NCBI GenBank assembly: GCA_951406725.2
Contig: OX597822.1
Span: 47,554,001-47,618,000 of the forward strand
DNA: 64,000 bases
From: Octopus vulgaris
Lineage: Eukaryota
Direction of reading: 5' to 3'
Shown one piece after another: positions 12,991-23,657 of the stretch. Numbering within the stretch: the first letter of the stretch is position 1; the number at the start of each line of letters is the position of its first letter. The position numbers were made by a program, and so were the translations under genes. The notes beneath the pieces are model-generated. The model did no database searches, was not told the origin of the DNA, and saw only the letters and a list, made by a program, of their open reading frames with translations.

Positions 12991-14336
12991 CACCCACTAC
13001 ACTCATGGTGTGGTTGGCATTAGGAAGGCCATCCATGTGTAGAAACACTGCCAGATCAGACTGGAGCCTGGTGCAGCCTCCTGGCTTCCCAAACTGTCCA
13101 ACCCATGCCAGCATGGAAAACGGACGTTAAATGATGATGATGATGATGATGTGTGTGTGTATATATAGGCGCAGGAGTGGCTGTGTGGTGAGTAACTTGC
13201 TTACCAGCTACATGGTTCCGGGTTCAGTGTCTCACTGCATGGCACCTTGGGCAAGTGTCTTCTGCTAAAGCCTTGGGCCAATCAAAGCCTTGTGAGTGGA
13301 TCTGGCAGATGGAAACTGAAAGAAGCCTGTCATATATATATATACAGGTGTAGGTTGTGTGTGTGTAAGGCTCAGTCCTTCTGCGTGACACCTTGGGAAA
13401 ATATCTTCTGCTATAACCTGGGCTTACCACAGATTTATGGGTGAAATTGGTAGAAAGAAACTGAAAGAAGCTTGTCATATTTAAGTATGCATGTATGTTT
13501 GTCTACGTGCCTTGACAATATCTGATGTCTAGTCTTCCAGAAATATAATCTGCTTGGAAATAGGTTAGGGTTGGTTACAGGATGAGCATCTAGCCATAGA
13601 ATACCCACCTCAACAAAGATTCATCCAACCTGTACAAGCATGGAGAAATAGATGTTAAACCGATGATGATGATTATGTATGTGTGCATGTATAAATGAAC
13701 ATGTTTGTGTATGCATACACATCATCATCGTTTAACGTCCGCTTTCCATGCTAGCATAGGTTGGACGATTTGACTGAGAGCTGGCGAACCAGATGGCTGC
13801 ACCAGGCTCCAATCTGATCTGGCAGAGTTTCTACAGCTGGATGGTCTTCCTAACTCCAACCACTCCGAGAGTGTAGTGGGTGCTTTTATGTGCCACCAGC
13901 ACGAGGGCCAGTCAAGCGGTACTGGTAATGGCCACGGTCAAATGGTGTTTTTTACGTGAAGACCCAGGCTCCATTGTCAAATTTGGCAGGTTTCTATGGC
14001 TTGATGCTCTTCCTAATAACGCCAACCACTTTAAAGATTGTACTGGGTGCTTTTTATATGGCACCAACGCTGACAGGGTCACCAAGCAACTCGGCTGTGA
14101 GTGAGGAGTAGTATTAAGTGGGGGTAGTTTTGTGCCAGTTGAGAGATTAAAAGGTAAAGAGGGACAAGGATAGGTGTCTTAGTCTGGAACTCCCTTTCCA
14201 TGCAAAGTGGTAAACAATAATTCTAACTTTCCTGATTTTCATAAAACAGGCTGTGAGACAAAAACGATCTTCAGTGAATGGTTCTTTCTCTCTCTCATTT
14301 TTTTTTTTAATAATGGATGTGTGCAGACAACCTTAC

Positions 14337-14380
14337 CAGAACTGGGGTCACGAATTCGTGAGCAACTGTGAATATTCATC
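14337..14380 (-). CDS. Putative exon 2 of the minus-strand host gene; (W)MNIHSCSRIRDPSS
   Basis: Polypyrimidine acceptor ctttattgctctttgttttggtatagttag| and donor CTG|gtaagg (GT at 14336-14335). Only one frame is open, and it contains ATG at 14379-14377. Confidence 0.6.
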
Positions 14381-15658
14381 CTAACTATACCAAAACAAAG
14401 AGCAATAAAGACGTTACTTTAAAAAAAGAAAAAGCGCTACACCATTCATACGCGTTAGAGCCTGAGCATGAACAACTACGAAACGAAACGCATTAGTCCC
14501 TGGGCCAAGTTAGGTGGTTCCCCTCCAAATTCGTCAATAACTTACAAGCAACTTAATGCGGAAGCTTAAACACATGGTATACGTCTTGACTGAAGTAACA
14601 GACAAGCCTTCCTCAAATCAAATTCCACTCTCATAAAATGGAAATAGTCCCACGCTAGCACGGAAAGAAGGACGTAAAACGAACAAACATAAGATAGTAG
14701 TAGTTTTAGACCTACCTCGAGTCTGAATAAAAGACGGGATAGCTGCAGCTGGAATGCATTTGACCACAGGTATGTTCGAACAGGGCTGACATGAGGCCAA
14801 GTAACAACTACAGTTCTCAGCGGCAATTCTTTATTTCTTTTTATAATTCTGTGTATTGATATTTTCTTTTAATATCTATTATAATCTAACCACAAACCAT
14901 CATAGCTCCATCTCTCTTTCACACAGTTTATGAAACGTCCTAGAAAAGTTAATGTTCATCATCGCATGTCGCCACGTACATCTAATCAAACAACTTCAAT
15001 TTATTAATAAGGCTGCGATTTTCGATGTTTATCCATAAAAATGATTTTAAAACAGGAATTATCAATCCAGTAGTTACATCTCTAAACGATCCTCTACTGT
15101 ATTACGGATTCCTGCTCAGAGACAGCCCTTGTTAAGCATAAACTACTATCAAAGACACCCTTGCCATGAACCATTCAGTCTTTTATTCATACATAATATA
15201 TCTAGAACTACATTATCCAATGTCTACTTCCTTGGGGAATTTATGAAGATAGGACACAATTGCTATTTCTAGCAGGCCCAGCGACAGCAGCGTGGTACTC
15301 ACGTAGGTTTGGGCGAAAACACATGAATTCACAAATAATAAACTGTATGGATGTTACTTTTACTAATCGTGTGTGAAATATTTACTAAATCTTTACAACA
15401 CTACTCAATGCATAAACAGACACTTCCATCTGTCCAGTTGATAGGAAACGGGGGAAAACAATATCAAAATCGAGTTCCACTTTAAACATTGCCACAAGCT
15501 ATCACGTTTTCCCTTAAATTTCCAATATAAAATAGGGAATAAAATACTAGTGCTATTGATTATTATGGACATTCTCAGTGGCTTTAGTTTTTCCATAGAC
15601 AGAAAAAAAAATATGCATATTTAAAAAGAAATTAAATATATTTTCCTCGAAAACTCAC

Positions 15659-15675
15659 CAACTTTCAGAATACAT
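15659..15675 (-). CDS. Putative first exon (ATG TAT TCT GAA AGT TG|gtgagt) of the minus-strand host gene; may instead be 5'UTR with a uORF
   Basis: ATG at 15675-15673 followed by consensus donor TG|GTGAGT at 15658, directly downstream of an ETS-type CTTCCGG motif. Confidence 0.5.
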
Positions 15676-15679
15676 CGTG

Positions 15680-15720
15680 GTCAAACCGGAAGAAATACTA
15701 AGGGAGATAACTCCAAGTAA
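15680..15720 (-). promoter_or_regulatory. Candidate core promoter / TSS region of the minus-strand gene
   Basis: CCGGAAG (ETS consensus) at 15686-15692 in non-repetitive, CpG-retaining sequence just 5' of the putative first exon; AGGGAGATAACTC at 15701-15713. Confidence 0.45.
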
Positions 15721-16387
15721 CACCTTTGCATCTTCACTTCTTCATTCGTTTATATTTCAAATATTCAAATGCTTTCATTAAATTCCATTTACAAATTTTC
15801 ATTACGATTATTTTTTTCCCCTTCTTCTCTGAAGATTCTACAAGAAATGCAAAAATAAAGATATTTCCCCTCTCTCTCCCTCTGTCTGGCTGTGATTGAG
15901 GTTGAGTATTAATATTTCTCCAGTTTTTTATTAATACACACATGTGAGTGTTTATGTACACGCGCGCGCACATACACACACACACACACACTTTCAGTAA
16001 GTTGGTGACGATTTGATCGGATAAATTCGCGCTATTTCGAAGTGACATCGGTTTTCCTTTCCAGATATCTAACTCCAAACGAAGCGTAATATAAATTAGG
16101 TTTATGTGAACTTTTAGATTTGGTTTCAACGTTCCAATTACATTTTTTCTTCTCGTAGAGGTGTCAACAAAAGTTAAAATGAGTTGCTCCTTCGCTCCGT
16201 TTTCTTTCATGTTACGTTGATAAATAAACACGAACTGAATATTTACATTTGAATAGCTTCCTTTTTACTGCATGTAATTTACCAATCCTTATTGTTTATT
16301 TCTCAAGAGTTGTTACTGCTATTTAGTTACAGCTATGCTCTTATTAAGCAGTCCTATGATAAAAGACACTCCAGCCATGATCCTATC

Positions 16388-16790
16388 TCTTTACTCTTTT
16401 ACTTGTTTCAGTCATTTGACTGCGGCCATGCTGGAGCACCATCTTTAGTCGAGCAAATCGACCCCAGGACTTATTCTTTGTAAGCCCAGTACTTATTCTA
16501 TCGGTCTCTTTTGCCGAACCGCTAAGTTACGGGGACGTAAACACACCAGCATCGGTTGTCAAGCAATGCTAGGGGGACAAACACAGACACACAAACACAC
16601 ACACATATATATATATACATATATACGACAGGCTTCTTTCAGTTTCCGTCTACCAAATCCACTCACAAGGCATTGGTCGGCCCGGGGCTATAGCAGAAGA
16701 CACTTGCCCAAGATGCCACGCAGTGGGACTGAACCCGGAACCATGTGGTTGGTTAGCAAGCTACTTACCACACAGCCACTCCTGCGCCTC
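16388..16790 (-). mobile_element. Full-length tRNA-derived SINE family B with internal (AT)/(GT) tract
   Basis: Head AGGCGCAGGAGTGGCTGTGTGGTAAG..CCGGGTTCAGTCCC; tail GAAACAAGTAAAAGAGTAAAGAG; possible TSD CTCTTTACT (16387-16395 / 16788-16796). Other copies near 4240-4395, 5668-6222, 7690-8080, 8578-8735, 11880-12030, 13166-13480, 31125-31395, 34915-35307, 36370-36570, 42575-42700, 52390-52720, 58522-58690, 59760-59940. Confidence 0.9.
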
Positions 16791-17121
16791 TTTACTTTCT
16801 AGGACAACATTATCCTGTGTCTTATTTTAAAATACAGTTGGGTGTGATTTGTAGGAGATTTGACTGCTATTTCTAACAACTCGAATGACAGCACAGATTT
16901 TCCTCGTCCCATATAGGATGCTATGATTAGTTCGAAGTCCACTATGCTCTATCATGTTTATGATCAAAGGAATTCCAGTTGTAACCATTTCTCCATTTAT
17001 TTTTAAAGCTGGTATTCTTATTCTTATTTTACTGGAGAGAGAGAGAGAGAGAATATGATTGGGGGTGTAATTTGAATGAGATTTGGCTGCTATTTCTTGC
17101 ATATTGATCGATCACATAGAT

Positions 17122-17395
17122 CAGGTGTCCCAACCACGAGGTCGCGGACTTGCACCGGGCTGCACAGAAAGAGCAAATTTTAAAATTTCATTTCTATTTC
17201 ATTGACTATGATAGTCTGCAGGGTGTTTTTGCAATATATATGTATTATGTATGTAATATATACATATTATATATGTAATAATGAATGCACTTTATTCCGT
17301 TTTGGTGCGTGCTCCCCTGGTCTGTAGGAAAATTGTCTTGCATGAGACCGGTCCTTAGTGCAAAATAAATAAGTAAATAAAGGTCGGGGCTTGCA
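17122..17395. mobile_element. hAT-Charlie-like MITE with MER1-like termini
   Basis: Left CAGGTGTCCCAACC..GCGGAC; right GGAAAATTGTCTTGCATGAGACCGGTCC..AAGGTCGGGG, resembling Charlie/MER1 ends. TSD not clean. Confidence 0.65.
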
Positions 17396-18069
17396 GATGT
17401 AGATTCCATATAGTTTAACTGAAGTAATGTACTATTCCAATGATTTAATAGTCTGCTCGACCACTTCGCGTCTTGAATAACGTTACTAAACCGTTTAATT
17501 CTTTCACTTTTTTTCTTTTCTTTTTCTTCTTCTCTATTTCCACTTGGACATTTACAGTAATTTCAGGAGCCACAGTCTTAACATGTTTTTTTTTTATTAT
17601 TTTGTTTTAATAATGAAGTAACTGTTTTTCCTTCTCATAGATACATGTAATTCACTTTTGGTCAACCGTTAAACTTTCAAAAATTTGTGAAGAAATATCT
17701 GTAAGACAAGTGTGTAAAACGAATAGTGAATACTTGTAGCAGTCTCAAAATCAATGATAATGTTTGAAAGATTGGAGAAGAAAGACCAAAGATTCAACTA
17801 CAAGACAAAAACATAGTCACCACGGTCATCTCCAAATAAGACTAAATAAGGAAGAATTGGTGTCACAAGACTAAGGCAGGTTTATTACCATAAGTTGTCT
17901 GTGAGTCTAACTCACTTTTCCTTTCCTTACAAAATCAGGACCATGGGTCTATAGAAAAAATCTTTTATCGAAATTCGGCTAAAAATACAGTATGTCCATG
18001 TTTCTGTTACATAAATTGTATTTACTGCCTTTGTGTCGTTCACTGTGCACTCTTCATATTATTAGAACA

Positions 18070-18696
18070 TCACTGAGGCAAGTGGGGAAGTTTAACTAAA
18101 TGGGGACAGTATTCATGAATGATAAGAAGCAAGAGGCTGAATTGGATGGTAGAATTGCAGATGCTGGCACAATAATGCGCCAGCTTCAGCATTCTATCCT
18201 CAGAAGAGAAGATATTGTTAAAAGAGCCAAGCACGCTATATTAAATTCAGCTTTCGCTCTTGTCCTCACTTATGGCCATGAATGATAGGTAATGACCGAA
18301 AGAGTACGATCGCGAATACAAGCGGCCGAAATGGGGTTCCTACGAAGGATCTCTGGAGTTACGCTACACGACATGGTTCGTAGGTCAGAGATCAGGGAGT
18401 CTCTCTAGGTTGAGCCGCTACCTTTCCATATTGAGACGTTCACAATTCCAGTACTACGGACTTGTGATTAAAAGGTCGCACGAAAGAATCGCAAGATTCT
18501 TCAAGCCGAACTAACCAGTGAGTAGGCTTAGAGGTAGACCAAGAACGAAATGGTTGAATAATTCATAAATTCAGTTGGTTACCCTTAAGAATTCAGCTGG
18601 AAAGTGTAATGACAGTTGCTTCTGATAGGACTCTATGGAGGAAGTGCTCGAGGACCCTACCCGAACGATACTTCCAGGAATAATGGATGGATGGAA
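18070..18696 (+). pseudogene. 5'-truncated RTE-clade LINE (Rex3/Expander-like) RT C-terminus and 3' end
   Basis: LRQVGKFN*MGTVF..LTYGHE**VMTERVRSRIQAAEMGFLRRISGVTL..RGRPRTKWL; ends in a GGATGGATGG tail. Confidence 0.9.
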
Positions 18697-19099
18697 GGTG
18701 TCCTTTAGCGCGGTTTGACCACCACCACTTGTCCTCTTATGAAATTGGGCCTAAACTTGCGCCGGAAATAATTCACTCCATAGCAAGGATCAGCAACTTC
18801 TTACATATGAAAATAGGCTTGCGTTTCCTCCCTAATTTCCATCACAAACAACTCTTATTGTAAGCGAAAATCAAACAAATAGGGATTTTTTAAAAATCTA
18901 TCTGAAAACCGTCAACTTCTTAATGGTCTAGTAATACATTAAATTTGAATTTTTTTTGTTAAGAAAAAGCTCAGAGCTCACAGAATTGCTTATCTCTATC
19001 CTAGTGTTACAAGATTACATCAAGTCTGATTTAAGATTAAACTACAACAACAAAGATCACAGGTTACGGTCGTAGAAAACCCTTACATTTTATGCCTGT

Positions 19100-20690
19100 G
19101 TTTATGGTTAGTGCCATCTTTTAACGTTAATCAACATTCAAGCATGGGAATAATTTAAAGCATGGAGATGTTGTAACTATCTTTCCCGCACGTTAATATG
19201 AGAACACTAATTTCCAATAGCCTTCCCTATCACTAGGAACAGCTCTGTGGTACGCATTGCATCCATTATCAAACCAGTGTTTGATGCAAAGTGGGGAAGC
19301 TTTCTCTGCGGGGTACTGACTTCAGAACCATTGTTGTGAAGAAAAAGAGGATTCTACAAAAAGTTAGTGGGAATCCCTTTTCACAGGGAGCCAAAAAAAG
19401 ATCGACTACAGGTTGAAGTTTCGTACAGTGCACAGGGTCACTTTTGGTAGTTCGGACAGTGGTCTTGTAGAAGTTGGGCCACTGGTTGGAGGTGGTGGTG
19501 ATATGGGGACAGGGTTGGTGAGTTTCTCCAGACGTATTCTTTTTCTTTTTTACATGAATAACTTCAGCATGAATAACATGAATAACTTCAGCGGTGGTGC
19601 CCCAGCATGGCCGCGGCCTTCGGGCTAAAACATTTTTAAGGATTTATATCTATGAATGAAGCACTTAAAGGATTTGAGTATTTGTAGTGTGCGGGATGTG
19701 GAAGAACATGTCTAAAGAATAGTTTTAGTCACCTTAAAATCAGCCTCTATACTCACCAGTGATAGCTGGCATAAAGTGATAGCTGGCGGCACTCCAACTA
19801 GTCGATTGATATGATGTGACATAGGCTGAGTAAAGGTATAGGGCGTTGTGTGGTATGTGGATATGTATATTGACTAGTTGTGAGGTTATGGCCGGAAAAA
19901 CCGAGAAGTGCGGAGACAGATACAGTTTGGCAGAGATTAGGTTTGGAGGTACGAAAGAGATTGAGAATGTTTGGGGAATCTGAGTGTCAATTTTAGATGT
20001 GTACAAAGAATTAGACAAGTTGATGCAGAGAGCTGAGAATCGAAAGGATTTAATTTCTACACCAGCTGCACGTGTATAAGATGATTGAAAGAGCCAGGGC
20101 GAACTGCGAGTGTTAAAGTTACCGACGACGACGAGCTGGAAGAAGGGTGAAGTGAAATGCACCCCACAATGCAGGACAACATATGGTCGAAGATATGCTG
20201 ATGCGTCGAGGAGTTATGAAAGTGATAGAGAAGGAAATGTAACTGGAAGCCATTATAGTTGATATCTAGGCGAGAAAGCTAACAGGGAGAGTAGATACTA
20301 CATACGCGTGGAAACTAGAGTAAAGAGTGTAGTTTGGGAAACGAAGACGGGTTGGAAACAGGAGCTGAGAAATTTGTCTTCGAGAGAATTAGAATAAATG
20401 ATCTGTGTATGAATAGGAGGTGGTGAGCGGGATCTAGATCGAAATAAACTCCACGGATGTTGAAGGAGAGAAGGGAAATTTGTCCAGAGGGTTTACCTCT
20501 GATTTTTGTTATTTTTTTTTGGGGGGGGGAAGAAATAGCAGCACTGACGAGTCATGTTAACCCCACTGCTGCAGGCTTGGATCGAATGCTTGTAACAGAG
20601 AAAACTCCGCTAAAACATCCAAAGGCCAACTGAGCATTGCGATGTGTCAGCCCCCTCAGAAAATATATTACAAGACTACTAGAGGGCAAA
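19100..20690 (-). pseudogene. Decayed CR1/L2-group LINE: 5' region and APE endonuclease
   Basis: Minus strand NIRG..HHLL and LVVVGNFNT (GDFN motif variant), with frameshifted TRIP/LDL/SDH-region remnants. Interrupted by a short SINE tail at about 19553-19645. Confidence 0.7.
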
Positions 20691-21585
20691 GGTCGGTATA
20701 TAAAGTTTTAAGTTTTACACACAATATAATAACCCACGTGATGCTCTTTAATACAAAGGGAAGTAACTATCTCCCCACACAGGCGGGTTTAGAAATTTGA
20801 ATTTGAAGTCAAGGAGTATGACAAGGCTACAATAATAACCGATTTTGTGAAGTAATATTTTCTAGTGTACGATATCCAAATTTATTATGTCACATAATTT
20901 CAACAGGTATCTGTTTATCAAAGCTCAATATATTCCCCATACCTTTGTTTCACATTTTTGCCTGGCTCCATAGGTTTTCAATGTTGTGGCTTGATAAACA
21001 GGATTTATAAGCAGAACAGAACAATTCAAAGATAAATGTTTATTCCTATCACATTAAGGGATCATAAGCGCGCCACATATCACTGCTGTCTCTGGTAGTA
21101 TGAATCCTTGAATAATAAGCATTAATATATTCGCATTTCTTTGGTGTGCAGGAATAAGGAAGCATTCCTTTGAAGTGTTATCAATTCTTCCAAATATCCA
21201 TTGTGGAGGTAAACAATTCTTTCTAACCGTGACACAAGGCCACCAATTTTGAGGGGAAGGGAAAAATCGATTACATCGACCTTAGTATTTGATTGGTGTT
21301 TATTTTAGCAACCTCGAAGCGATGGAAAGCATATTCAACTTCGGCGGGATTTTAACTCAGAATGTAAGGAGTCGGAAGAAATTTTGCTAAGCATTTTGTC
21401 CGATGTGCTCATCGACTTTGGAAGCAAATAATGACCAACATATTTCCGGCGGTTAAAAACTGATTCAACTATTTCTAAAATATGACTAACTCCTCCAAGT
21501 TTAGCTGGATCAGCAATGAAATACTCAGCCATACTACCTCGTATGTAATTTCAACAAGTAACCACAGCTTTTGATACTAATCTAC

Positions 21586-22200
21586 ATTCGTCGTCATCGT
21601 CGTCGTCGTCTTGTGTCGTACGCCTGCAGCGCATTGATGACACGACAACAAAAGTCTTTCCCGATTAAGCGCGAGGCCTCCAGCTGCCTTTCCACTCTTG
21701 TCCAACAAGTTCTTGATAATGACCGTCTATTGCGTTCTCTACCTGCCTCTTGATCTACTGCCCTCTACTCTTCCTTCAATTATAATGTTTTCCAAACCTC
21801 TGCTTCTTCGAATATGGCCACAATAGACACACTTTTGTCTTTTCACAATGTTCAGTTGTCGTCTTTCATCTACTTGTAACACCCATTCATTTGTCCGATA
21901 ACCCTTGTAAGAAACTCATAACATTTTCCTATAAAACCCACATTTCAAATGCATTGTTCTCTTCAAATTTGTTCAGAATTCATGCTTCGCAACCATAAAT
22001 GTCTATTGGCCAAATGAACGTTCGTACTAACCTAGTTTTTAACTTGGGACACTTTTGCTGCTCCAGGTGTTATTAAGCTTTCTTGCAAGATTAGCCGTGT
22101 CCTAATTTCTTTCTTACATGAGGCTTGATCAGAAATTTGGGTTTCAATGTACTTGTACAGTTCCACCTGTTCGATCCTCTCATTGCCCAGTTTGAAGTTA
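21586..22200 (-). pseudogene. RTE-clade LINE 3' fragment with (GAC)n tail
   Basis: LKTRLVRTFIWPIDIYGCEA*IL..FEMW..GHIRRSRGLENIIIEGRVEGSRSRGR; tail GACGACGACGATGACGACG. Confidence 0.85.
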
Positions 22201-22486
22201 ACATTCGCATTTCAAATTCGTGTGAATACATGTACAATATCTTGATTATGTCTTCGTATTTCAATTCATTGCACTCAAATAACGTATTTTTTCTGATATT
22301 TCTTTTCGACGATTTTCTTTATTGCAGCGGTAACATCAGTCATCTACATGGTTTTGCCATGATTCACTCATTTCATGGCAGAGAAACGCCGAAGAAACAT
22401 CAGAGTCTTTTTCAGATAAATTTCAAATACGAAAGTCGAGATATCAAAGAATCAATACCATTATCATTGGCGTTGCTTTCCCTTAA

Positions 22487-22717
22487 CCCTTCACCCATCC
22501 GGCGTATCACATGTCATACACATGACACATTTCACTTGTATTCATGTATCATACGATAAACATTCCCAATTTTCGTCAACCACCCGAGTAAATTCGAACT
22601 TGTGAAAGGGAAGCTTTACATTAATCGAAACGTATGAAACAAGGGCTGACTAAAAGTCGAGAAACAAGCATGAACGTTCAGGACAAATTTGGGAAAGTTC
22701 TTTGGACAGGCATAGGG
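22487..22717. mobile_element. piggyBac-like MITE
   Basis: TTAA at 22483-22486 and 22718-22721; imperfect TIRs CCCTTCACCCATCC / GGACAGGCATAGGG. Confidence 0.65.
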
Positions 22718-23657
22718 TTAAAAAAATTGATTTTAATGAAGTGTTCTCTTTGTTGACTGTCTATAGAAGCAATATTTCCCATCTTGAACATATTTTATAA
22801 GTCATCTGGTCAAAATGTTGACCAAAAAAAGAGTTTATTATAACTAAAAGCATGTCTGCAATAGTCTCAAGTTGTTAATGGTAATGTACTTTCCCTGATT
22901 CCTATTTTAATTATTTAAGAAAGGGCATTTCACTTCCGTATTAATATAGTTTCTGAGACGTAATGACATGTCCTCACCTTCCACGCAATATTGTAGGAGG
23001 TGTTAAATGAGTTTTCATTTCTCTTATGTCATAAAACTTATTTAGTAATTTCAGCTGCTCTCCATTCGTCAACAGCTGTTTGTGATTTAATACATTTTTG
23101 CCAAGACTCGAATAGCATCGAATAATTATCAAGATTTCCTCGAAAGCAAACAACTTTTATTGTTCATCTTGTTGCATTCAAAGTTAAGATACTACCAGAT
23201 GTCAATTTACTTTCAAAATCCTCCAGGTTTTATTTAACTCACCAAATAAAATCTCTCCGTATTTATGAATATTTGATTAGAGAGACAATCTATTTACTGT
23301 TAACTAGAAAAGCACTCGGAGAGCGTAGACCTCCACCAAGCAGCTCATTTTCACCCATATACACGTATGCTGAAAATCGCCCAATTTCCCAAACCAACAC
23401 CGGTAAAAACAACCTCCTCCCATACTTATCTCGACCATCGTCATCATCAATATTGTCTCTGCTTTCACCACACTCACAGTCAAAACTATGATTACCACAA
23501 TTAGTTTCTTTACACAGCTGAAAATCCATTATTCGATACTCATGGCACCGAGATTGTTGCAGATTTTTGAATTTTTTCTAATTTCGGAGTGCTTTATTAA
23601 AACAAATTCATCTACAAAACGGAACAGTTTGAAGATAGAAACAAGGCCTAAACACAA

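Larger units (their letters stand above)
1..14100. mobile_element. Dense cluster of an RTE-LINE-derived non-autonomous retroelement family with (GAT)n tails; approximate copies at 1-125, 138-370, 1195-1385, 1418-1770, 1785-1860, 1861-2470, 3279-3415, 3449-3880, 4490-4715, 5762-6003, 6382-6690, 12170-12285, 12390-13150, 13530-13675, 13721-14100
   Basis: Recurrent blocks GGTTGGCATTAGGAAGGGCATCCAGCTGTAGAAAC and CCAACCCATGCCAGCATGGAAAACGGACGTTAAATGATGATGAT (or reverse complement). The 3' block reads as a C-terminus PTHASMENGR*; at 3880-4190 the family joins an RTE ORF fragment. Confidence 0.85.

Noticed and set aside
12424-13114. 189-aa and 194-aa repetitive ORFs
   Set aside because: Open frames are a by-product of the tandem array inside a dispersed repeat.
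15734-16231. 165-aa minus-strand ORF
   Set aside because: Crosses (CA)n and (CT)n tracts, has no domain signal, and lies in promoter-upstream DNA.
22950-23530. Minus-strand coding relic (ORF 23290-23529)
   Set aside because: Looks like decayed TE coding sequence, but I could not assign any motif with confidence.
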